The translations under genes were made by a program, and so were the position numbers. A stretch of 64,000 nt of DNA from Candidatus Bilamarchaeaceae archaeon (lineage in GTDB: Archaea > Micrarchaeota > Micrarchaeia > Anstonellales > Bilamarchaeaceae): assembly GCA_038870635.1 (NCBI GenBank), contig JAVZJR010000001.1, positions 227,601 through 291,600 of the forward strand, written 5' to 3'. Positions 48,861 to 57,380 of the stretch are shown one piece after another (within the stretch, counting starts at the first letter, position 1; the number at the start of each line of letters is the position of its first letter). The notes beneath the pieces were generated by a model. The model had not been told where the DNA came from and ran no database searches. It was given only the letters and a program-made list of their open reading frames with translations.

Positions 48861-50116
48861 GTACCTTCTTGCCAACTTTTAAGATATTTTTCTTGCTCTT
48901 TAGTAAGACTATCAATCTTCACACCCATGGCTTCAAGTTGTAATTTTGCAATTGAGTTGTCTATTTCTTCTGGTAAGTCAATAACACGCGCACTCAATTT
49001 TCCTTTATTCTTTACCAAATATTCGCAAGCAAGTGCTTGGCCAGCAAAGGAGGTTGCCATTACTTCGCTTGGGTGGCCCTCAGCGGCAGCAAGATTGACT
49101 AGACGACCTTCACCGCAAACATAAACTTTTTTATTGCCAACAGTATACTCGTCTAAAAATGGCCTTACTCTTCTCCTCTTTGCAATTTTGCTTAAACCCT
49201 TAACATCGATTTCAACGTCAAAATGGCCAGAATTAGCTAATATGACATTGTCTTTCATCTTCTTTATGTGTTCGGTTGTTATGACGTTTTTATTTCCAGT
49301 AACTGTTACAAATATATCTCCAATTAAAGCGGCTTCTGTTATGGGCATAACACGATAACCATCTAAAACTGCTTGCAAAGCCCTAAAAGGATCAACTTCA
49401 GTAATAATAACATTTGCTCCCAAACCTTTTGCTCGCAGTGCAACACCTTTGCCACAGTCACCATAGCCACAAACAACAAAGTTTTTACCTGCTATTAAGA
49501 TGTTAGTAGCACGAAGAATACCATCTATAGTAGATTGGCCAGTACCATAGTAATTATCGAGAAGATGTTTTGTTTTGTTATCATTAACCGCAATCATAGG
49601 ATAACTCAAAACACCATCTCTTTCCATTGCTCGAAGACGAATAACGCCTGTTGTTGTCTCTTCACAACCGCCAATTATATTTTTTATTTTTTCTGGATAT
49701 TTTGTATGGACTCGTGTAACAAGATCGCAACCGTCATCAATGGTTATGTTTGGATTTTGGGAAATAACTAAATCAATATATCTGTAATAATCCTCTTCGC
49801 TCTCGCCTTTATAGCCATAAACAGCAAAACCTTCTGTTGCAAGAGCAGCGGCAACATCATCTTGTGTGCTCAATGGATTGCAGCTTGCAATGGCGACTTT
49901 TGCACCACCCGCGGCCAATGTCCTAACAAGAACTGCAGTTTCTTTTGTTATATGAAGAGCCATTCCTATTGTCAAACCTTTAAACGGTTTTTCCTTAGAA
50001 AATCTCTTTCTTATCTTCATCAATGCGCTCATTCTCTTCTCAGCAAGTTCTATGTTCATCTTTCCCTGTTCTGCAAGAGAAATATCTTTTACTTCATAAC
50101 ATTTACCTTTATCCAT
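48857..50116 (-). CDS. ahcY: adenosylhomocysteinase
   Basis: SCNPLSTQD, DDGCD, EETTTG, DNYYGTGQS, NSGHFDVEI, EGRLVNL..AEGHP. Confidence 0.98.
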   Translation of the reverse strand: MDKGKCYEVKDISLAEQGKMNIELAEKRMSALMKIRKRFSKEKPFKGLTIGMALHITKETAVLVRTLAAGGAKVAIASCNPLSTQDDVAAALATEGFAVYGYKGESEEDYYRYIDLVISQNPNITIDDGCDLVTRVHTKYPEKIKNIIGGCEETTTGVIRLRAMERDGVLSYPMIAVNDNKTKHLLDNYYGTGQSTIDGILRATNILIAGKNFVVCGYGDCGKGVALRAKGLGANVIITEVDPFRALQAVLDGYRVMPITEAALIGDIFVTVTGNKNVITTEHIKKMKDNVILANSGHFDVEIDVKGLSKIAKRRRVRPFLDEYTVGNKKVYVCGEGRLVNLAAAEGHPSEVMATSFAGQALACEYLVKNKGKLSARVIDLPEEIDNSIAKLQLEAMGVKIDSLTKEQEKYLKSWQEGT

Positions 50117-50175
50117 AAAAGCACCGATAATTCTCCACCATTGAGTTTTTTTAATTTATCCTTAGATTCTTTTAT

Positions 50176-52548
50176 ATGAAAAAAAGGAAAGCCCACCTTA
50201 TCAACGTAAGCTATGTTGAGAAAGAGGGGCAAACTTATGCTGTTCTATTACTAAAAGGAAAAAAAATAACAAAATTATACTATCCTTATGATCCTTATTT
50301 TTTAGTAGACGCACCAGAAGAAGAAAAAGATACTATCAGGAAGATAGCAACACAAAAAAATGGAAAAACAATAACAGTAAAAAAAGTCGATACAGAAGAG
50401 AGGATAGTAAATTTCAAAAAGAAAAAATTCCTCAAAATAGTATGCCATTCACCTAAGGACATCCCCTTAATAAAACATGTTATACCATACCCTGCTTATG
50501 AATTCGACATACCTTATGTAAAAAGATTTTTGTTTGATTTTCAACTAACACCACTATGGGTGATAACTTACGAAAGAGAAGGAAAGATAATTAAAAAAAT
50601 AATAAAATGCGAAGAAAAAATTCCGCTTCTAAAAAGTATGGCTTTTGATATAGAAACATATAATCCTCTTGGTGTGCCACGACCAAAAAAAGACCCGGTA
50701 ATAATGATAAGCTATGCGAATGGACAAAAAGGTGTTTTAACCTATAAAAAAACATCAGAAAGGAATGCAATTGTCGTTTTAAATGAAAAAGAGATGATAG
50801 AAAAGTTCAACGAAATAGTAAAGAAAGAGGACCCAGATATCATTTTTGGATATAATTCAGGTAATTTTGATCTTCCCTATCTTGCAGAACGTGCGAAGAT
50901 ACTCAAAATTCCATTAGTGCTTGGAAGAAAGGAAAAAATAAAAATAACTAAAAAAGGAGTAATAGGTGGAGTTGCTCTAGATGGCAGAATCCATATAGAT
51001 TTATATCCTATAATAAGACTCTTTGGTTTTATAGGTGTTTTAAAAACAGCGGATTACACTCTGGATGCAGTTGCTAGCGAAATATTAGGAAAAAATAAAA
51101 TTGCGCTTGACAGAGAGAATCTTTGGAAGATCTGGGACAGCGATAATATAGATGATTTAGTGAAATACTCTTTAAGGGATTCTGAACTCACAATTGAGCT
51201 TGGAAAAAACTACCTCCCACTCGAAATAGAATTGAGTATTATAACAAAACAGCAACTCTTCGATACTACGCTCTCGACTAGCGGCCAACTTGTAGAGAAT
51301 CTGTTAATGTTTCATTCTGTAAAAAGAAAAGAAGTAATTCCAACAAAACCAGTAGGAAATATTATTGAAGAAAGATTAGCTGCACCAATCCAAGGGGCTT
51401 TTGTAAAACTGCCTCAACCAGGCATTTATGATAATATTGCAGTACTTGATTTTAGAAGCCTATACCCTTCTATAATTGTTTCTTTTAATATCGACCCATC
51501 TGCTCTAACTAAGGACAATTCTAATGATTGCTACCTATCACCCACTGGAGCACGTTTTAGAAAAGAGCCAAAGGCTTTAATACCAGCTGTCTTAGAAGAA
51601 CTAATAGATTTTAGAGCAAAACTAAAAAAGCAGCTTAAAACAATTGATAAAAAAAGCGAGGAATACCAAAAACTTAGTGCAAGGGTACAGGCAATAAAGA
51701 TTCTGGCAAACTCTTTTTATGGCTATATGGCTTATGCCCGCTCAAGATGGTATTCAAGAGAATGTGGTGAAAGTATAACAGCATGGGGAAGAAAATACAT
51801 ACAAGAAACCATGGAAAAAGCTGAGAGAGCAGGCTTTACAGTTATTTATGGTGACACAGACAGTGTGATGATATTATACAAGAAAAAAGAAGATGTGTTT
51901 AAATTTATAGAAGAAGTAAACCGCTCATTGCCAGAAAAAATGGAATTAGAACTAGAAGCATTTTATACAAGAGGAGTTTTTGTAGGTAAAAAAGGTAGCG
52001 AAGAGGAAAAAGGAGCAAAGAAAAAATACGCATTATTGGGCGAGGACGGAAGGATAAAAATACGTGGTTTTGAACTTGTTAGAAGGGATTGGTCACCAAT
52101 CGCAAAGGAAACGCAATATCGAGTTCTTGAAACAATTCTAAGAGAAGGTAATGAGAAAAAAGCAGTAAATATAGTAAAAGAGGCGATAGAAAGACTTAAA
52201 GGTGGAAAAGTAAGTATGGATGAACTAACAATAATAACGCAGTTAAATAAAGATCCAAAAGCAGGCTATGCGGTGATAAGCCCAGAACTTGCTGCAGCAA
52301 AAAAACAAATAGCAAGAGGAATTCCTCTTGAACAGGGAAGTCTTATCGCTTATGTTATAACAAAAAATGGAAGAACAATTTCAGAGAAGGCGATGCCTGT
52401 AGAGCTTGCAAAAGATTACGATGCAGATTATTACATAAACAATCAGATATTACCTGCAGTAATGAAAATACTAAAAGAATTAGGTTACGATGAATATGAA
52501 TTAAAAAAAGGTGGAAAACAGCACTCGCTAAACTCTTTTTTTGAATAA
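50176..52548 (+). CDS. polB: family B DNA polymerase
   Basis: Exo motifs FDIET, YNSGNFD, YSLRD. Polymerase motifs DFRSLYPS, KILANSFYGY, YGDTDS. C-terminal PIP box QHSLNSFF. No intein. Confidence 0.97.
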   Translation: MKKRKAHLINVSYVEKEGQTYAVLLLKGKKITKLYYPYDPYFLVDAPEEEKDTIRKIATQKNGKTITVKKVDTEERIVNFKKKKFLKIVCHSPKDIPLIKHVIPYPAYEFDIPYVKRFLFDFQLTPLWVITYEREGKIIKKIIKCEEKIPLLKSMAFDIETYNPLGVPRPKKDPVIMISYANGQKGVLTYKKTSERNAIVVLNEKEMIEKFNEIVKKEDPDIIFGYNSGNFDLPYLAERAKILKIPLVLGRKEKIKITKKGVIGGVALDGRIHIDLYPIIRLFGFIGVLKTADYTLDAVASEILGKNKIALDRENLWKIWDSDNIDDLVKYSLRDSELTIELGKNYLPLEIELSIITKQQLFDTTLSTSGQLVENLLMFHSVKRKEVIPTKPVGNIIEERLAAPIQGAFVKLPQPGIYDNIAVLDFRSLYPSIIVSFNIDPSALTKDNSNDCYLSPTGARFRKEPKALIPAVLEELIDFRAKLKKQLKTIDKKSEEYQKLSARVQAIKILANSFYGYMAYARSRWYSRECGESITAWGRKYIQETMEKAERAGFTVIYGDTDSVMILYKKKEDVFKFIEEVNRSLPEKMELELEAFYTRGVFVGKKGSEEEKGAKKKYALLGEDGRIKIRGFELVRRDWSPIAKETQYRVLETILREGNEKKAVNIVKEAIERLKGGKVSMDELTIITQLNKDPKAGYAVISPELAAAKKQIARGIPLEQGSLIAYVITKNGRTISEKAMPVELAKDYDADYYINNQILPAVMKILKELGYDEYELKKGGKQHSLNSFFE

Positions 52549-52628
52549 CTAATGGCTCAGCTTACCCTCTTATCATCACAAAACAGAAATACCTCGCATC
52601 ATCATTGCCAGGTTTTATAGTGGCCAAC

Positions 52629-52654
52629 AATAACTTATAAATATATAAGTTATT
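52629..52654. repeat. perfect 11-bp inverted repeat between convergent genes
   Basis: AATAACTTATA-aata-TATAAGTTATT. Confidence 0.7.
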
Positions 52655-52710
52655 AGCTTATGAATTATTTCAAATCTCGAAACCACGAGCCTCAAATAAT
52701 AGTATTTTAA

Positions 52711-53283
52711 TTAGTCATTAATCTTTGGTATAATCTGGTAGGTAGGCAACACAGGTCTGAGTATGTTAGAAACTAATTTATGGTCTGCTTTTCCAAAATC
52801 AACAGAGCTGCCATACAAAATAAGTGTTTTAGGATTGTTTTCTTTTATACGTATAAACCCCCCTCCATAAACATAAACCTGGCCAAGAAATTTATCAAGT
52901 ATATTTTCAATCTCTATATGATAATTACAAAACGAAAAGGCGGCTATGATAGCCTTATCACCCTTACTTGCGTGGATATACTTTATTCCTTTGTTTTTAG
53001 GTAGGAGAAGACATATTTGTGAGTTTTCATTATTTTCAAAAAAGGCAATATTACCCGCATACCTCCATTCTGCTTTCTGAAGTTCAATACTTTTATGCAC
53101 CATATCCTTAAGGAGTTTATACCTATACATTTCTATTCCATCTTTTATACTATTAAATACAGAACTGTTATCAATATCTCGATTTTTAATACTCTCTAAA
53201 ATTTCTTCTTTAAGAAGACGCGCTCTGTGATATAATGGTGGGACAATACGGCTTTTATTATTTTTTACAAAAATTTGTACCAT
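52711..53283 (-). CDS. protein with C-terminal Janus/Ocnus (PHPT1-like) domain
   Basis: GIKYI...NYH...GGGFI...LYGSSVDFGKADH...PTYQI. Confidence 0.7.
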   Translation of the reverse strand: MVQIFVKNNKSRIVPPLYHRARLLKEEILESIKNRDIDNSSVFNSIKDGIEMYRYKLLKDMVHKSIELQKAEWRYAGNIAFFENNENSQICLLLPKNKGIKYIHASKGDKAIIAAFSFCNYHIEIENILDKFLGQVYVYGGGFIRIKENNPKTLILYGSSVDFGKADHKLVSNILRPVLPTYQIIPKIND

Positions 53284-53328
53284 ATATTAAATTATGTTAT
53301 TTTTAGTTATAAAGTTTATCGTTTGTAG

Positions 53329-53353
53329 TACATTGTTGCATTGTCGAGTGCTA
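53329..53353 (+). repeat. left terminal inverted repeat
   Basis: TACATTGTTGCATTGTCGAGTGCTA, preceded by CGTTTGTAG. Confidence 0.85.
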
Positions 53354-53368
53354 ATTTAAATAAAAAAA

Positions 53369-54248
53369 TTAAATTTTCTTCGTTTTGCTCAATCTAATCA
53401 AACTTAATCACTTATTAGTTCTTAGGGTTAATTCTAGCTGCTCTTCTCTGCTGGTGTTTTGCCTATTCCTTGATATTTTCTTATAAAATTATAATAAATT
53501 TCAAAACCTTTCATAACAGCTTTAGCACTTTCTAAAGAACCATGAAAACCACGCATTATTTTTGTTCTATCTCTTATAGTGATGCGTAATCTTTCTATTT
53601 TGTGAATGAATCTCTTTCATCTGCTATTACAACATTATGAATTATTTTGCTTTTTCCCCTTCTATTCTATTTAAGCCAAAAATTTTTCTTAAAACACGAA
53701 GATAACCTTGTAATCCATCTGTTGTAATTATTTTTACATTTCCATTAGTTGTAAGTTTGGCTTTTCCTCGAATCCTAATTAAATCTTCTATTGTTCTGCT
53801 TTCCATATAATCGGAAGCAACCATAAAGCGAGTTTCTGTATCCATAACATCTACAAACCAATTTTGTTTTCCTAACCTAGGACATTCCATCTCGTCAGAC
53901 ATTAACTCTTATCCTGAATTAATTTGTAATTTGTCAGTAAAATTACTATCATATTTGTATATTTTACAATTCAGCGATAAATTGTAGAATAATGACAATT
54001 TTAGGGCAAACATTTGAAGATGCTTTTGTATTTTTTTTAGTGACATACCTGTGTAATACATGTTAATACAGATACAGGAAGTTATTTTATTCTCATGTTT
54101 TTTATCTTCCAGAAACCATCATCTATTGAAGATCTATAAGAGCAATTTTACATTTATATCTTTGAATTTTGCCTCTGTTTTGTATTTTCCTAATGCCATT
54201 TTTCTTAATGGTAATTCCCTTACACCCTGAACAAGTAATATTGCCCAT
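53369..54248 (-). pseudogene. frameshifted DDE transposase (IS6/IS1-like, N-terminal Zn ribbon)
   Basis: Fragments in different frames: MGNITCSGC..KNGIRK..QRYKCKNC; SDEM..WFVDVMDTETRF..ITTDGLQGY; KIERL..IRDRTKIMRGF..YYNFIRK..GKTPAE. Multiple stops and frameshifts. Confidence 0.9.
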
Positions 54249-54342
54249 AGTATATTACTATAAGTAATTATCTATTTAAATCTTTCGGTTAGGATATATA
54301 ATTATAGTAAAATATTTAAAGGATAAAGTCAATTAATCTTAT

Positions 54343-54495
54343 ATGGCTAAAAAGGAAATTAAGGTTTTTGAGTGCAAATGTGAAAGATGTGGGCATGAAT
54401 GGATAACAAGAAGTAACGAAATTCCTACTGTATGCCCTAAATGCAAAAGCCCTTATTGGGATAAGCCACTAAATAAAAAGGTTGAAAAGAAATGA
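54343..54495 (+). CDS. 50-aa Zn-ribbon microprotein (not in the ORF track)
   Basis: MAKKEIKVFECKCERCGHEWITRSNEIPTVCPKCKSPYWDKPLNKKVEKK. ATGA overlap with the methyltransferase start. Confidence 0.85.
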   Translation: MAKKEIKVFECKCERCGHEWITRSNEIPTVCPKCKSPYWDKPLNKKVEKK

Positions 54496-56327
54496 CAACT
54501 CATTTTTATTTCAAATTATTTAACAATATAAAAAGTGAACATGAAACAAAAGACTTTGCTAAATTAGAACTTCTTGGATTGTTTGGAGATGTTGAACCAA
54601 TCAATAATTTTTTTGATAAACTTTCTGAAGAACCATTAAAATCTTTTACAACGACACCTATCAGAATACAAGATATTATTATAACAGAATTGCCATATGG
54701 AAGGATACAAGGTTACTATGGTCAAAAAACGGATCTAATAAATGTAACAAAACTGGTTAAAAGATTAGCTTATACAAGAGAAATTTTTTTAATAGTTGAA
54801 AAAATCGATAAACCAGAAAACATTTTAAAAAAAATATTTCCAGACGGCATTATAAATAAAAATGTCCAATTTTTTGAAAAAAATGGAAAAATCTTATTTA
54901 GATTTATCACAAATCAGTATTTTTTAGAGAAATCGGAATATATATCCAAATTAAGTAGAAATGAAAAGGAAATTGATGAAAATGTAAATATTTTATTTTC
55001 TCATTTGATTAAGAATAACTATAGAATCCCTGCTTCTTCTACTACGGCGATTGGCAAAAGACTTGAAGATTATTTTGCAATTAGAGAAGAACCATCCTTA
55101 TACTTGAATCACTATATGCATCCTTATAAAGGGAAATTTCATCCAAAAATGGTAAGGGCATTAGTTAATTATATCTATCCTAATGAAGATGGAGTAATTC
55201 TCGATAATTTTGCGGGGAGTGGAACGTTATTAGTTGAAGCCAATTATTTAGGTTTAGATGCTTTAGGTATAGAAATAAACCCTCTATCAGTTTTAATGAG
55301 TAATGTTAAATGTCATTCAATAACCATTCCTTTAGATGAATTAAGAAAAGCTATTGATGAATACTTAAAAATGCTTGAAAAAGAGATAAATTATTTTATA
55401 AATTCGAACAGCGGACAAGGAGCTTTAATTAAAAATAGTTTGAAACCAGAAATTATAAGAAATGAAGCAAAAAACGCACTAAAAGAAATTGAAAAAATGA
55501 ATAGTTTTGAAAATAAAGAGTTTGTGGTTCAAAAAATAATAATTGCAAGAGAATTGGTAAATTTCTTTAAAGACAAAAAAATCAGAGAATTTTTACTATT
55601 ATGTGTAAGTGGAGCAATAAGTGATATTGCTCGAAGAACAAAGAATGAATTTGAGAAGGTTCTTAAAGAAAGAATGAATTATCTATATTTAAAAATTTAT
55701 TTGTTTCACAAATTAAACGAGGTATTAAAAATCAAGGTTGGTAATTCTCAAACTTATGTTGCTGACACGAGAAATATGAAAGCCATAAAAGATGATTCTA
55801 TTGATGGGATTGTTAATTCTCCACCATATTCTACGGCATTAGATTACATTAAAAATGATTACCCGCAGCTTATTTTATTGAAATTAGTTAACTCGATGGA
55901 AAAATTAGAGAAAGATATGATTGGTAATCCTAGAATTAACTATGATAAAAAAGAACTAATTAGGTTTATAGAAAACGAAGAGAAAGATCTTTTAAGAATT
56001 TCAAATCTTGCCCACAGGTATGTAAAAATGTTGTTGAATAATGGAAGGGAAGACGCAGGCTTGAGAATTTATAAATTTTTCATAGATATGTTGCAAACAT
56101 TACAAGAAATGTATCGAGTTATGAAAATTGGCTCAAAATGTGCTATAATTATAGGCAATAATCACTTTATGATTAACGATAAATATGTTGAGATACCTAA
56201 TGACGAGATAATTTTAGAACTTAGTAAAAATGTAGGTTTCAAAGAAAATATAATCATAAAAAGGGAATTACAAAAAACAAGTGTGGGGAATATTCAAAAA
56301 GAAACGATTATAATTCTTGAGAAATAG
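54492..56327 (+). CDS. amino-DNA methyltransferase, probably N4-cytosine, alpha motif order, with long N-terminal extension
   Basis: Motif X HPYKGKFHPKMV, motif I LDNFAGSGT, intervening recognition region, motif IV NSPPY. Confidence 0.88.
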   Translation: MTTHFYFKLFNNIKSEHETKDFAKLELLGLFGDVEPINNFFDKLSEEPLKSFTTTPIRIQDIIITELPYGRIQGYYGQKTDLINVTKLVKRLAYTREIFLIVEKIDKPENILKKIFPDGIINKNVQFFEKNGKILFRFITNQYFLEKSEYISKLSRNEKEIDENVNILFSHLIKNNYRIPASSTTAIGKRLEDYFAIREEPSLYLNHYMHPYKGKFHPKMVRALVNYIYPNEDGVILDNFAGSGTLLVEANYLGLDALGIEINPLSVLMSNVKCHSITIPLDELRKAIDEYLKMLEKEINYFINSNSGQGALIKNSLKPEIIRNEAKNALKEIEKMNSFENKEFVVQKIIIARELVNFFKDKKIREFLLLCVSGAISDIARRTKNEFEKVLKERMNYLYLKIYLFHKLNEVLKIKVGNSQTYVADTRNMKAIKDDSIDGIVNSPPYSTALDYIKNDYPQLILLKLVNSMEKLEKDMIGNPRINYDKKELIRFIENEEKDLLRISNLAHRYVKMLLNNGREDAGLRIYKFFIDMLQTLQEMYRVMKIGSKCAIIIGNNHFMINDKYVEIPNDEIILELSKNVGFKENIIIKRELQKTSVGNIQKETIIILEK

Positions 56328-56595
56328 ATATTCTTTTTGTTTCTTTACTAATAAAGTCTAATAGTTCTTTTCCTAGTTCTGTGGCCTCATAAAATTTATT
56401 TTTTCTGCGTTCAGGTGTCAAACATTTAATTAATCCTTTTACTTCAAGTTCTTTAATAGTTGAGCTCACATGACTTACAGGTGATTTCGTTATACGAGAT
56501 AAATTGGAAGGCGTCTTTTTAACTTTATTAAGCTCTATCAGTATCCTAAATCTGAGTTTACCACTAATTACAAAACTCACTAAATCCCAATCCAT
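56308..56595 (-). CDS. winged-helix transcriptional regulator (ArsR/MarR-like)
   Basis: RILIEL..KTPSNLS..SHVSSTIKELEVKGLI..KFYEATELG. Confidence 0.9.
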   Translation of the reverse strand: MDWDLVSFVISGKLRFRILIELNKVKKTPSNLSRITKSPVSHVSSTIKELEVKGLIKCLTPERRKNKFYEATELGKELLDFISKETKRISISQEL

Positions 56596-56628
56596 ATATG
56601 ATTTAATTAATTACTACTTTATTTAAAT

Positions 56629-56652
56629 TTAGTTACATAATTCTGTAACTAA
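56629..56652. promoter_or_regulatory. palindromic putative operator in the divergent promoter
   Basis: TTAGTTACA-taattc-TGTAACTAA, centred between the wHTH start (56595) and the next start (56685), flanked by TATA-like elements. Confidence 0.7.
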
Positions 56653-56684
56653 TTATAAAATCTAATTAAAACAACAAGTAAGCA

Positions 56685-57317
56685 ATGAGAGAGATTATAG
56701 AATTAAAAATAAAAAACATTGAAGATATTTATCACGAATTAGCCGTTACTTTAGCTCCGCATAGAGAAAAACCAACATGTTCAGTTGAATTTATAGTAGA
56801 AGGAACGAAAGAAAAACCTATCATTGGAATTCGATATCCTGGTAGAAAAGTCATCAAGAGAAAACTAAAAGTTAAGAGAAATAGTTCTGCTGAGTGGGGA
56901 AATTTGTTTGATTTTCTCGTTATCCCTTACGTTGATGGTAAGGAAGCTAAAGAACAAGATTTTACATTTGAAAAAATATTGAAAGATTTTGAACTTTATA
57001 AGAGAGATAACGAAGAGTTTTGGAAACTTATTGAAGAAGTCTATTATAAAAATGAGTTTACAAAAGAGCCTCCAAAGTTGCCAGGAATTGACCCTAAATT
57101 ATTTTTATTGATTCTAAAATGGATATGGATACAAGAAGACTTTAACTATAAACTAAGTTGGGAGGAGGTCAGATCACCACTTAAATATATTCTTGTGACA
57201 AGAACTGGAAGCAGAACAGCAAAAGGTGCTGGAAGAGGAAAATTTTTCGCCGCATTAATTCTTTTGAAGCATCATTTCAGATTCGACGAAGTTAAGAAGA
57301 TAATTCCGTTGTACTAG
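56685..57317 (+). CDS. hypothetical protein, candidate restriction endonuclease/defence effector
   Basis: 210 aa, soluble, in the transposon cargo with the methyltransferase and regulator. No classical nuclease motif recognised with confidence. Confidence 0.6.
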   Translation: MREIIELKIKNIEDIYHELAVTLAPHREKPTCSVEFIVEGTKEKPIIGIRYPGRKVIKRKLKVKRNSSAEWGNLFDFLVIPYVDGKEAKEQDFTFEKILKDFELYKRDNEEFWKLIEEVYYKNEFTKEPPKLPGIDPKLFLLILKWIWIQEDFNYKLSWEEVRSPLKYILVTRTGSRTAKGAGRGKFFAALILLKHHFRFDEVKKIIPLY

Positions 57318-57339
57318 CACTAGTAGATGCAACAATATA
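57315..57339 (-). repeat. right terminal inverted repeat
   Basis: Reverse complement TATATTGTTGCATCTACTAGTGCTA; followed on the + strand by CGTTTGTAG. Confidence 0.85.
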
Positions 57340-57380
57340 CGTTTGTAGATTGTTTTTTATATTTTGTTTGTGAATAGTTT

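Larger units (their letters stand above)
53329..57339. mobile_element. ~4.0-kb cargo-carrying transposon with imperfect TIRs and 9-bp target-site duplication
   Basis: Left TIR 53329-53353 and right TIR 57315-57339 match at 20/25 positions as inverted repeats. CGTTTGTAG lies directly outside both ends (53320-53328 and 57340-57348). A transposase remnant lies inside. Confidence 0.88.

Noticed and set aside
53642..53902. Stand-alone 86-aa protein
   Set aside because: It is an internal fragment of the frameshifted transposase.
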